Virus record (IMG/VR): IMGVR_UViG_2675903278_000003
Reading direction: 5' to 3' (one strand)
Length of the DNA stretch: 27,747 nt
From: a virus
Taxonomy: Duplodnaviria > Heunggongvirae > Uroviricota > Caudoviricetes
Within the stretch, counting starts at the first letter, position 1. Each line of letters opens with the position of its first letter. The position numbers and the translations under genes are program-made. Below the pieces are notes generated by a model. The model was not told the origin of the DNA and searched no databases. It saw only the letters and a program-made list of their open reading frames with translations. Below are positions 8,738 through 16,961 of this stretch, one piece after another.

Positions 8738-9521
8738 ATTCCTCCTCCTCACCACCATGCATGATCTCCACCATGCGCTGCGTCATCCGGACAAATCCAT
8801 TTTCAATAGCCTGCTGATAATCAATGATCACCAGCGCCGACTCCTCGAAAAAACACTGAATTTCAGAGGGGGCGTGAGCGTAATAGTCCGCAATTCTGCT
8901 GAAATTAAACACCGTGTGACGTTCTGCCGCACACAGGAGGAATTTCTCAATATCAGGCTCAAGGGACGCCGAACGTATCCGGCTGATCAGCTCCTGAGTT
9001 TTCGTATCGTCGTACAGTTCACTGATATCCGGTTTACCGCCCGACGGCTCATAAACAGGCGTATCAATTTTCGTCGTATACGGCTCCTCCTCATTTCCTG
9101 TACCGGGCAAAACATCCGTCAACAGTTCATCAATTTCTGTCGGGATGAAGCCTGTCAGGGAGACATCAAAATCAGCATTGATTAGGTCCGACAGCTCCAT
9201 CCGCAACAGATCTTCATCCCAGCCAGCATTCATCGGCAGGCGATTATCTGCCAGGCGGTACGCCTTTTTCTGCTCATCCGTCAGGCCAGACAGAACAATG
9301 ACCGGAACAGAATCCATTTTGAGCATTTCAGCCGCCATAACACGACCGTGACCCGCAATAATTTCGCCCTTTTCGTCAATCAGCACCGGATTAGTCCAGC
9401 CGAATTGCTTAATACTTTCTACCAGTTGTGCCACCTGCTCAGGGCTGTGCGTCCTGGCGTTGTGCGCATACGGTGACAATTCTTGTAATGGGCGATAGAC
9501 TATCTTTAATTTCTCGCTCAT
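8730..9521 (-). CDS. ParB-like nuclease domain (ParB N-terminal / sulfiredoxin fold) protein
   Basis: 263 aa; N-terminal 'QFGWTNPVLIDEKGEIIAGHGRVMAA' resembles the ParB N-terminal domain motif; acidic C-terminus GGEEEEYA; stop TGA at 8730-8732 lies 3 nt after the ATG of the GT2-like gene (8-nt overlap). Confidence 0.7.
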   Translation of the reverse strand: MSEKLKIVYRPLQELSPYAHNARTHSPEQVAQLVESIKQFGWTNPVLIDEKGEIIAGHGRVMAAEMLKMDSVPVIVLSGLTDEQKKAYRLADNRLPMNAGWDEDLLRMELSDLINADFDVSLTGFIPTEIDELLTDVLPGTGNEEEPYTTKIDTPVYEPSGGKPDISELYDDTKTQELISRIRSASLEPDIEKFLLCAAERHTVFNFSRIADYYAHAPSEIQCFFEESALVIIDYQQAIENGFVRMTQRMVEIMHGGEEEEYA

Positions 9522-9532
9522 ACAGCCTTGCT

Positions 9533-9572
9533 TTATGAATAAAACGCACCCCAGCAGCCAGTGCTACTGGGG
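9533..9572 (-). terminator. Putative intrinsic terminator downstream of trkG
   Basis: Hairpin 'ccccag-cagccagtgcta-ctgggg' (9549-9572) followed on the minus strand by 'GCGTTTTATTC'; 87 nt after the trkG stop. Confidence 0.5.
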
Positions 9573-9658
9573 ACGGAGGGGTTGCTGGTAAAGTTAGGTA
9601 TTGGATCAATGAGTGAGTCAACATAATATTAAACTCACAATTATAAATCAGCCATATA

Positions 9659-11134
9659 TTAGGAGCGCCAAAAAAAACCTGAAAACAATATAATAACAGG
9701 ATAAATTTCAAGGCGACCAAGAATCATAGCTATGCACATTAAACATTTTGCAATGTCATTAAGCACTCCGAATGACGATGCAGTAGCCCCAAAACCTAAT
9801 CCCATATTATTAATACATGCAGCCACTGTTGCAAATGATGTAAGAAAATCATATCCCATACCATTTAACACCAGTATAAAAAACACCGTGAAGAGAGTAT
9901 AAAGAAAAAAGAAACTCCATACAGACCTCATTACACGATCTGTAACTATCTTCCCTCCTACATTTACACTCAACAACGCTCTGGGATGAGAAAGCTGATT
10001 TATCTCGTGTTTGCTTTGTTTGAAAAGTATAAGAAATCGAAGTGACTTAATTCCACCACAAGTTGAACCTATACATCCCCCAAAGAAACTTGACAACAGC
10101 AAAAACACTATCGTGTGCGTGGGCCAACTTGCATAATCCTGCGTAGCTAAACCATTATCAGTGAGCATGGAGCTGGCAAGAAAAAACGAATGAATAAAAC
10201 TTCCATGCAAGTCATACATACCTATATGCCAGACCTGGAAAGAGGTAACAATGATCACCCCTAAGGCTATTAACAGAAAGAAACGAAGTTCAATATCTCT
10301 GATTAAAGGTTTTATCGTTTTCCTGCTAATAACAATATACCAAAGAGTGAAGTTGAAAGCCGATAGCAGGGAAAAAGAACCAGCCACCAGCTCAACCAAA
10401 TAGTTATTAAAATATCCGATACTCTCGCTATGAGTTGAGAAACCACCAAGCGAAACTGTGGAAATCCCGTGACAAATAGCATCAAACAAAGGCATTCCTG
10501 CAAGTCTATAACAGACAATACAAGCAATACCTAATAAAGAATAAGTTATCCACAGTGTCCGTGACGTATCGGCCAGGCGGGGAGTGAGTTTGTCATCCTT
10601 AAATGGCCCCGGCATTTCTGACTGATAAAGCTTTGCACCACCAATACCCAATAATGGCAATACAGCAACCGCCAGAACAATAACTCCTAAACCACCTATA
10701 AAATTTAACTGTGACCGATAGTACAAATATGCCCGAGGTAATGAACTAACATCATCAATTACAGTTGCTCCTGTTGTTGTTATTCCAGAAACCCCTTCAA
10801 ACAGAGCATCAATGAACGTTAAATTAAGTTCTGAGTCAATCCATAAAGGGAATGCACTAATAACAGAAAACAAAATCCAAAACATTACAATTATAATAAA
10901 CCCATCACGGGTACGTAATTGAATGCCAGATTTCTTAGTTGTATACCACGCTCCGCCACCAATGCAAAAAAATATAACGAAAGTTATAAAGAAAACGAAC
11001 AGGCTTTTTTCTTTATAAAACAATGCTACAACCATTGGTGGCAACATTGAAAGACTATAGAGCCAAACCAGGAACCCACACATATGAGTAACAACTCTTA
11101 CATGAGATGTATTCATATCTAAATATTCTTTCAA
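9659..11134 (-). CDS. trkG: TrkH/TrkG-family potassium uptake protein (prophage-borne, TrkG-like)
   Basis: 491-aa multi-TM protein with repeated glycine-rich selectivity-filter-like segments (GITTTGATV, GGLGV, GGFST, GFGAT); markedly AT-rich compared with neighbouring phage genes; sits directly after Rz/Rz1 as trkG does in the E. coli K-12 Rac prophage. Confidence 0.85.
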   Translation of the reverse strand: MKEYLDMNTSHVRVVTHMCGFLVWLYSLSMLPPMVVALFYKEKSLFVFFITFVIFFCIGGGAWYTTKKSGIQLRTRDGFIIIVMFWILFSVISAFPLWIDSELNLTFIDALFEGVSGITTTGATVIDDVSSLPRAYLYYRSQLNFIGGLGVIVLAVAVLPLLGIGGAKLYQSEMPGPFKDDKLTPRLADTSRTLWITYSLLGIACIVCYRLAGMPLFDAICHGISTVSLGGFSTHSESIGYFNNYLVELVAGSFSLLSAFNFTLWYIVISRKTIKPLIRDIELRFFLLIALGVIIVTSFQVWHIGMYDLHGSFIHSFFLASSMLTDNGLATQDYASWPTHTIVFLLLSSFFGGCIGSTCGGIKSLRFLILFKQSKHEINQLSHPRALLSVNVGGKIVTDRVMRSVWSFFFLYTLFTVFFILVLNGMGYDFLTSFATVAACINNMGLGFGATASSFGVLNDIAKCLMCIAMILGRLEIYPVIILFSGFFWRS

Positions 11135-11253
11135 TTATAACCACCTTGCTGCAATATTATGATTATACTGTATAAAATTTAACTCCTCTTAGATCTTACT
11201 TCACTGTTCCTTATGAAACAATCATCAAAATGAATCATATTGTAGTTAAGATT

Positions 11254-11718
11254 TTACTTTAAACACTGCTCGGTTATGTATTGCTGAGCACCTTCAAGTT
11301 GGGCCTGCATCATTACCAGTCGTTCCCGGAGGGTGAAATAATCCCGTTCAGCGGTGTCTGCCAGTCGGGGGGAGGCTGCATTATCCACGCCGGAGGCGGT
11401 GGTGGCTTCACGCACTGACTGACAGACTGCTTTGATGTGCAACCGACGACGACCAGCGGCAACATCATCACGCAGAACATCATTTTCAGCTTTCGCATCA
11501 GCTAACTCCTTCGTGTATTTTGCATCGAGCGCAGCAACATCACGCTGACGCATCTGCATGTCAGTAATTGCCGCGTTCGCCAGCTTCAGTTCTCTGGCAT
11601 TTTTGTCGCGCTGTTCTTTGTAGGCGATGGCGTTATCACGGTAATGATTAACACCCCATGACAGGCAGACGACGATGCAGATAACCAGAGCGGAGATAAT
11701 CGCGGTTACTCTGTTCAT
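11254..11718 (-). CDS. Rz: Spanin inner-membrane subunit Rz (i-spanin); start taken at ATG 11718 (MNRVTAII...)
   Basis: N-terminal TM segment, coiled-coil periplasmic domain; ATG overlaps the endolysin stop (ATGA); contains the embedded Rz1 frame. Confidence 0.8.
   Translation of the reverse strand: MNRVTAIISALVICIVVCLSWGVNHYRDNAIAYKEQRDKNARELKLANAAITDMQMRQRDVAALDAKYTKELADAKAENDVLRDDVAAGRRRLHIKAVCQSVREATTASGVDNAASPRLADTAERDYFTLRERLVMMQAQLEGAQQYITEQCLK
11313..11498 (-). CDS. Rz1: Spanin outer-membrane lipoprotein subunit Rz1 (o-spanin), fully embedded in Rz in the +1 frame
   Basis: [24 protein letters not shown]... with lipobox 'VVGC' and proline-rich mature part ([15 protein letters not shown]); classic embedded Rz/Rz1 architecture. 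Confidence 0.8.
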   Translation of the reverse strand: MRKLKMMFCVMMLPLVVVGCTSKQSVSQCVKPPPPPAWIMQPPPDWQTPLNGIISPSGNDW

Positions 11719-12212
11719 TGCTGACCCCACAAACAGATTTCACGCTCAATCTCACGACGAGTCATGAGACCTTTCCATTGCTTACCGCCAGCATATGTCC
11801 AGCGACGTAGCTGATCACATGCGCCTTTGATATCGCCCTGGTTTATTTTGCGAAGAAGCGTCGATGTTCTGAAATTGCCAGCACCCACGTTGTAAACGAA
11901 TGAGTAAAGAGCGCCGCGCGTTGTTTCCGGTATATCGACTTTGATGTACGGGTTAATTTGTCTGGCGACCGTGGCAAGGTCTTTATTCAGGAGGGCTTTG
12001 CATTCTGCTTTGGTATACGTTTTACCGAGCATGATGTCTTTTCCTGTATGCCCGTGACATACAGTCCATACACCAACAATATCTTTGTATGGTATGTAGC
12101 TGACACCTTCCAGACCATCGTTACCACTTGGGCCAGTGATTAACACTGATGCTATAGCAATTGCTCCGCCACCAATAGCAGCAGCAACGACTTTTCGTAA
12201 TGATGGAGGCAT
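11715..12212 (-). CDS. R: SAR (signal-anchor-release) endolysin, phage 21 R-like lysozyme
   Basis: 165 aa; N-terminal weakly hydrophobic Gly/Ala-rich SAR segment '[20 protein letters not shown]', then lysozyme-like domain; ATG overlaps the holin stop (TAATG). Confidence 0.85.
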   Translation of the reverse strand: MPPSLRKVVAAAIGGGAIAIASVLITGPSGNDGLEGVSYIPYKDIVGVWTVCHGHTGKDIMLGKTYTKAECKALLNKDLATVARQINPYIKVDIPETTRGALYSFVYNVGAGNFRTSTLLRKINQGDIKGACDQLRRWTYAGGKQWKGLMTRREIEREICLWGQQ

Positions 12213-12427
12213 TATTCACCTCTCGCAGCCTTGCGCTTATCTTCTTTAATCTTGAAATAAAGGTTTGTCAGGTACGTCAGCAGGCCAAATACCAGACTAC
12301 CCAGCACACCGATTGCAGCCCACTGTGACGGAGTTACTCTATCGAGCAACTGTAAAAACCAGTAGCCAGCACTGCCTGCGGAGGTGCCGTAGGCAATGCC
12401 TGTTGAAATTTTGTCCATGGATTTCAT
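12212..12427 (-). CDS. S: Class II pinholin, phage 21 S-like, with dual-start motif
   Basis: SD 'GGAGGTGA' then ATG AAA TCC ATG GAC (M-K-S-M-D...) at 12427; [71 protein letters not shown] closely matches my recollection of S21 (71- and 68-residue forms); the ORF-track start at 12484 is an upstream in-frame extension. Confidence 0.85.
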   Translation of the reverse strand: MKSMDKISTGIAYGTSAGSAGYWFLQLLDRVTPSQWAAIGVLGSLVFGLLTYLTNLYFKIKEDKRKAARGE

Positions 12428-12526
12428 AGCCTCACCTCCGCACGGAACGGATGGCATAGTTATTATGTGTAGGCTTTCAGACACATCAATCAGAGCCTTA
12501 ATTGATATATATGCTGGAGACGATGC

Positions 12527-12552
12527 AATATAAAAAGCTCGCCGTAGCGAGC
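12527..12552 (-). terminator. Putative intrinsic terminator between the lipoprotein genes and the holin
   Basis: Hairpin 'gctcgc-cgta-gcgagc' (12537-12552) followed on the minus strand by 'TTTTTATATT'. Confidence 0.45.
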
Positions 12553-12678
12553 TAATAAAATGTATTTCTCTGATATTATGTTTATTTGTATTAGCTCAGA
12601 CTTGACATCACAGGTTTCGTATATAGAACATCATCAAATCTGTCAGTTTGCTATGAATGAGATATAGTAATTGAAGAG

Positions 12679-13074
12679 CTAACCTCGCATGTCAAAGCCA
12701 GATTTCTGAAAATCTCTGTAGACTTCCGGATTGTTGAAGGCCGGAAATTTGGCTTTATGAGCTGCGGACTTTATCGCTTCGCAATAGGCTTTATCACCGT
12801 TACTGGTAGATATTTTTAACGCCGTGCCATCCTGAGAGAATTCCATATGCAACCTGCATTTTTTCCCTTTCCAGTTATGCGGCTCATCAAGTTTGGCATT
12901 AATTGCAGCTCTGATTCCCCGCGCTTGCGCCCCCCATTCATCCTGATCATCCCAGCGTCCTGAACTGCAACTACCTGTAGCAGTAGTTTTGTGGCAATCT
13001 GAAGGGTGTAAAGGTGTGCATCCCGCAACAAAACCGCCCCAAAAAGTCAACATAACGATTTTCTTTAATCCCAC
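12679..13074 (-). CDS. Predicted lipoprotein A (131 aa, GTG start), paralogue of the adjacent gene
   Basis: SD 'GGAG' 6 nt upstream of GTG at 13074; signal peptide with lipobox 'FVAGC'; C-terminal region 'KKCRLHMEFSQDGTALKI...AYCEAIKSAAHKAKFPAFNNPEVYRDFQKSGFDMRG' aligns with the C-terminus of the 13225-13653 product. Confidence 0.7.
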   Translation of the reverse strand: MGLKKIVMLTFWGGFVAGCTPLHPSDCHKTTATGSCSSGRWDDQDEWGAQARGIRAAINAKLDEPHNWKGKKCRLHMEFSQDGTALKISTSNGDKAYCEAIKSAAHKAKFPAFNNPEVYRDFQKSGFDMRG

Positions 13075-13224
13075 TTCTTGCTCCTCAATCCATTAAAATC
13101 TCAGCAATAGTAGTTGTTACGTCCGCCACTGGCTCAGAGCTGACTATCCGCTAAATTTAGCTCAGTGCCGTAGCTGTGTCAGAACAAACCTAAGCCGAAA
13201 CCGTTTATTACAAAACAATAAATA

Positions 13225-13653
13225 TCAGGGTTTAAAATCCAGCACCCCATTTTGAAATACTTTATATACTTCCGGCGAAGGGGGGGCAGGTATATCAGCA
13301 TTCTTTATCGCATTCATCGCTTCACGACATAAATCGAGGTCTCCACTTTCTCTTTTAACCTCCAGTAGAAGGCCATTCGGGGCCATATGCATTCTCAGTG
13401 TACACTCTTTTCCTGAATACTTACTCGCATCCCCGAACTGTTTTTCGATGGCGCTCTTGATTTGATGGGCATACAGACGGATATCCTCACTAACATCAGA
13501 AGTACGTTCAGATGAACTCACATACTGTGTCTCTATTGCTTTATCGGAGTAATATGATGTACGGTCATGATAATTTGTCGATACAGCATCAGTGCACCCG
13601 ATAATAATCCCACTAATAATCAACGTAAGAATTGATGCGCTACGAAAACCCAT
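13225..13653 (-). CDS. Predicted lipoprotein B (142 aa), paralogue of the adjacent gene
   Basis: SD 'GAGGA' upstream of ATG at 13653; signal peptide with lipobox 'IIGC'; C-terminal 'KECTLRMHMAPNGLLLEV...DLCREAMNAIKNADIPAPPSPEVYKVFQNGVLDFKP' parallels lipoprotein A. Confidence 0.7.
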   Translation of the reverse strand: MGFRSASILTLIISGIIIGCTDAVSTNYHDRTSYYSDKAIETQYVSSSERTSDVSEDIRLYAHQIKSAIEKQFGDASKYSGKECTLRMHMAPNGLLLEVKRESGDLDLCREAMNAIKNADIPAPPSPEVYKVFQNGVLDFKP

Positions 13654-14240
13654 TTTTCCTCACATATGTCATATAGTAAAGGATTATATATACCGTTGTT
13701 TTGGACGCTCAAACAGCGAATCAGATCAAATAAAACGCACATTTGTTAACATTTACACAAAGTCTGCGTGGGATATTCTGAAAGAATATCCATAATGTGG
13801 AGAGAATCTATTGAAGTGCATGGTGCCGGGTGCCTCCCGGTGAACAAAATGTTCGTGATACCTGTCGGCGACAGAAAAGGTTAATGGTATCACCCCACCG
13901 CACAGGGGGATTCACCATGCAGGAGTTTTCTTAGCAAACTCACTGCGCGCCCGGCAACTCCCAACCACATAAAATGCGGAGTTTGTGGTATTTATGCATA
14001 TAACTCGCAGGAATTATCTTAAAAAACTGATGTCGATCCGGATTAAAAAGAAGCAGGTCATCATCAGATGACTGGAAAAAAGGAAAACAAAAAATACTCA
14101 TCATACAGTTTTGATTGCAGGGATGAGCCTGCTATGCACAATATGCAGAATATAAGCAAGATAAAAATATGCAGGCATATTATTTCGGATTTTGTTATTA
14201 ACACAACCTTTTTAATAATCATTTGGCATACAATAAACCA

Positions 14241-14270
14241 GCCCAAAAAGAACCGCCTAAACAGGCGGTT
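14241..14270 (-). terminator. Putative intrinsic terminator in the Q-to-lysis leader region
   Basis: Hairpin 'aaccgcct-aaac-aggcggtt' (14251-14270) followed on the minus strand by 'CTTTTTGGG'. Confidence 0.5.
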
Positions 14271-14590
14271 GGTCAATACAAAGGATGCTTCGTCTTTATT
14301 ATAGTAATCTGAGGCGTCGGGTGTCTTGTATCAGACAACATATTGTCCCGCTAAACAGCGAATTACAAACCACCCTGCAATGATCTCTCATCTCATTTTA
14401 TATGAGTTGACGACATCAGGATAACGCATCATCAGCCCCTGCCAAGAAATATCAAAACTCCCGCCAGCAATGTGTTATCACAATATTGTAAAAAAAACAC
14501 AGCACCGAAACTATAACTGGTCTCTGTTATAATTTGGAGCAGAAAGACCAGTTGCCCAACTAGCAGCATTCTCCCCTGCTTTCCTGACGT

Positions 14591-14617
14591 AAAAAAACCG
14601 CATTAAGCGGTTTTTTT
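14591..14617. terminator. Bidirectional intrinsic terminator just downstream of the Q-like gene (tR'-like position)
   Basis: 'aaaaaaa-ccgcattaagcgg-ttttttt': GC stem flanked by an A-run and a T-run, so it can terminate on either strand; lies about 80 nt downstream of the Q-like stop, where lambdoid phages place tR'. Confidence 0.65.
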
Positions 14618-14697
14618 ACGATGTCCATGTCTGCAATCCGCCTCGCGATACAGCTTTGCGAAGCATAGCAAAATTGAAGCAGTTTATACGTAAGAAA

Positions 14698-15240
14698 TCA
14701 AGCCATTTTCTCAGCAAATGATTCACGCATGGGAATATATAGGGCATACTCAGCAACAGCTAACCAATTAGCAATCCGTTTTTCGCATGTGCTAAAACAC
14801 CACTCTGGGTGTGCATCATTTAGCAATTCAGCCATTTTGCGCTTAGTCATCCCCCGCCCTTCATAGCGTTGCCGGAGAATGCAAATCAATCCTGGATGCT
14901 CTGCCAGCACCTCACTTATGACTCGATCAATACATAACGCCTCTGCATCAGTACAATGCGCCAGCCAGCTCTTTTGCTTGCCGTTGATCATCTCTCGCAA
15001 AAACGCTTCCAGCTCAGCTTTCTCTATTCCCGCTTTTTTCATTCTGCGCAGGGCTTCATTAATGGCTGTTTTCGTCAGTTTTTTGGATGCCAACAACTGA
15101 TTGAACATATTCCCTGACCTGCCACCGCCAATATACGACCAGCGCCCCCACATACGTAGTTTTCCCTGAATCCAGACACTTTCCAGCGTGGTGAGGCGAA
15201 GGTGTTCTCCGCTTTTTCCTGTATTCGTTGGGTAAATCAT
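14698..15240 (-). CDS. Late-gene antiterminator Q-like protein (phage antitermination Q family, not lambda-Q type)
   Basis: 180-aa ORF immediately upstream of a terminator and the lysis cassette; 'GKLRMWGRWSYIGGGRSG' and a Cys-containing region resemble the QuuD/phage-82-type Q family as I recall it; position is the strongest evidence. Confidence 0.55.
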   Translation of the reverse strand: MIYPTNTGKSGEHLRLTTLESVWIQGKLRMWGRWSYIGGGRSGNMFNQLLASKKLTKTAINEALRRMKKAGIEKAELEAFLREMINGKQKSWLAHCTDAEALCIDRVISEVLAEHPGLICILRQRYEGRGMTKRKMAELLNDAHPEWCFSTCEKRIANWLAVAEYALYIPMRESFAEKMA

Positions 15241-15527
15241 AAATGACCTTTCTTTCTCCAGATTTCTTGTGTGCGAAAAACCCCTTCAGCATGCATCAGG
15301 CGCAATTCTTCTTTGGTGTAATCGCTGGTTTTTACCCGCCCGTCGATTAGATCGTGGCATGAGCTACAGGCTATCGCCGCCTGCATATCGTGTGGTTTTG
15401 TCGCTGTTCCGCACGTCCCCGCCAGCCTGTAATGCGCCAGCACAGAGGTTTCGGGATTGTGATTGCAGTAGCCAGGGATTCTGATCTGGCACATCTGGCC
15501 TTTAGCCGCTTTACGTAAATTCACCAT
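15237..15527 (-). CDS. YbcO-like (DUF1364) small Cys/His-rich nin-region protein
   Basis: 96 aa 'MVNLRKAAKGQMCQIRIPGYCNHNPETSVLAHYRLAGTCGTATKPHDMQAAIACSSCHDLIDGR...' resembles E. coli DLP12 YbcO as recalled; overlaps the Q-like start (ATGA) as in nin operons. Confidence 0.55.
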   Translation of the reverse strand: MVNLRKAAKGQMCQIRIPGYCNHNPETSVLAHYRLAGTCGTATKPHDMQAAIACSSCHDLIDGRVKTSDYTKEELRLMHAEGVFRTQEIWRKKGHL

Positions 15528-16126
15528 TACGCAAACTCCAGTAGTTGTGCGGCCACATTTTCAACTTCCTCCTGAGAGGAGAATTTACGGAACAGAATCC
15601 AGTTCCACAGCACATTCAGTACAGATTTATAAACCTGCTGAAACTCGACTTCGTCCATATTCGCAAAAGCGATGGATTTTGCCCGACGCCCACGGCTACC
15701 GTCCGGATAAATATGCTCGGTGTAAAATCCGGCCTGAATGGTTACCCACTCGCGGAAAGCCTCAAACGACTTTAGCAACGCCGTATCCCGGGTTCTACGA
15801 GTCGCAACGGTGTTAAGGTATTGCTCTGCGGCATCACTCAGGGCTGGCGTGTGTTCCCGACCAACTGATTCGCACAGGTAATCAACGAAACCAGACAGCA
15901 GTTCTCGTTCGCGAGGCGTGATCGCCCCACCGACCGGAGTCCAGTAATCGAATCCCAGTTGCAGGAGTTTGAAAAAACGCTTGTGGAATGCGTAGTTACG
16001 CACACGCTTAAAGTCTGCGTGTATCCACTCACCTATTTTGATTTGATGCAGAAAATCGCAACTCTCCGGCGTCGCCGGGAGAAGTAAACCAGAAGAAGTT
16101 TGTTTGACCAGTTGTATATGCGCCAT
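15527..16126 (-). CDS. Hypothetical nin-region phage protein (possibly DUF1367 family)
   Basis: 199-aa ORF, stop overlapping the YbcO-like start; family assignment is from memory only. Confidence 0.55.
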   Translation of the reverse strand: MAHIQLVKQTSSGLLLPATPESCDFLHQIKIGEWIHADFKRVRNYAFHKRFFKLLQLGFDYWTPVGGAITPRERELLSGFVDYLCESVGREHTPALSDAAEQYLNTVATRRTRDTALLKSFEAFREWVTIQAGFYTEHIYPDGSRGRRAKSIAFANMDEVEFQQVYKSVLNVLWNWILFRKFSSQEEVENVAAQLLEFA

Positions 16127-16399
16127 TTCTCAATCTCTCGATGGCGCAGTGCAGCAGATGCCAGTTGTTCAGGCTGACGTATAAAGTATAAATAAACTGG
16201 TTCCAGTGTAAAGCCCCCACCTTAATGGAATAAAAACCAAACAACAGATTGCTGGGATACAAACAACGCTTATTATTAAAAGCGGTTAAACAAATTAAAT
16301 TTTAATGTTATGCAAATTTGTCAGATCACCATAATATCTCATTTGAAAACCGCTGAAATAACAATCCTATCAGGATTAATCATATTAAGGTGAGTAAAT

Positions 16400-16486
16400 A
16401 TGGAAAACAACAAATCTGCACATTACGCTCCTTTTTTATCTGTAATACTTTTTGTTTTTTGCTGTGTATGGGCATTATTTTTATAA
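16400..16486 (+). CDS. Candidate small hydrophobic peptide (28 aa) MENNKSAHYAPFLSVILFVFCCVWALFL
   Basis: ATG at 16400 with SD 'AGGTGAG' 5 nt upstream; AT-rich region with a perfect palindrome 'AATCCTatcAGGATT' (16363-16377) in the putative leader; convergent with hok; not in the ORF track (shorter than 60 aa). Confidence 0.3.
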   Translation: MENNKSAHYAPFLSVILFVFCCVWALFL

Positions 16487-16594
16487 AAATATTCACAGAT
16501 AAAATAAACTCGCCGAATCAGGTTAAGTGTGGGTGCGTTGAGGATGCCTGACACATCAGAGGCGGCGAGGGATTTCTCCCTCGCCTAGTCACTC

Positions 16595-16750
16595 TTACTC
16601 CTCAGGTTCGTAAGCTGTGAAGACAGCGACCTCCGTCTGACCGGTTCGGATTCGCACCTCGCAGAGGTCTTTCCTCGTTACCAGTGCCGTCACTATGACG
16701 GTTAAACAGATGACAATCAGTGCGACTAACATCGCCTTTTGCTGCTTCAT
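16595..16750 (-). CDS. hok: Hok-family type I toxin (HokD/RelF-like), 51 aa
   Basis: MKQQKAMLVALIVICLTVIVTALVTRKDLCEVRIRTGQTEVAVFTAYEPEE is near-identical to my recollection of E. coli HokD/RelF; 3' hairpin 'ggcgagggatttctccctcgcc' (16564-16585) and a 9-bp-stem hairpin in the leader (about 16850-16890) fit hok mRNA architecture; the ORF-track start at 16807 is an in-frame upstream extension. Confidence 0.85.
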   Translation of the reverse strand: MKQQKAMLVALIVICLTVIVTALVTRKDLCEVRIRTGQTEVAVFTAYEPEE

Positions 16751-16961
16751 AGCCTGCTTCTCCTTGCCTTCCGGCGCGTAAGAGGCTAACCTACATGTGC
16801 AAAGCATGAAATTGGCCTCAGATTAATGTTAAGCGTCTTGCCGGACGCGTAATGTTATCTGGGGCTTTTCTCTATCTGCCTTTGGTGTTCATGCCTGAGG
16901 CAGATAGCCTCAAGCACCCGCAGCAATTCTACTTAACTCCCGTCACCTCGCCAATATAAAA

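Noticed and set aside
13654-14240. Search for tRNA genes in the Q-to-lysis region, where lambdoid phages often carry them
   Set aside because: No T-loop (GGTTCGAAT-like) or D-loop consensus with a cloverleaf-compatible arrangement found by eye; a tRNA scan would be needed to be sure
14064-14304. Overlapping 70-aa (minus) and 78-aa (plus) ORFs in the AT-rich Q-to-lysis leader
   Set aside because: The minus-strand start codon lies inside the terminator hairpin and neither ORF has a convincing SD; the region is better explained as a transcribed leader with terminators
16595-16807. 70-aa ORF-track version of hok with an N-terminal extension (MLCTCRLASYAPEGKEKQA-MKQQ...)
   Set aside because: Hok toxins are about 50 aa; the extension is an in-frame read-through of the leader region. 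The start was set at MKQQ (16750)
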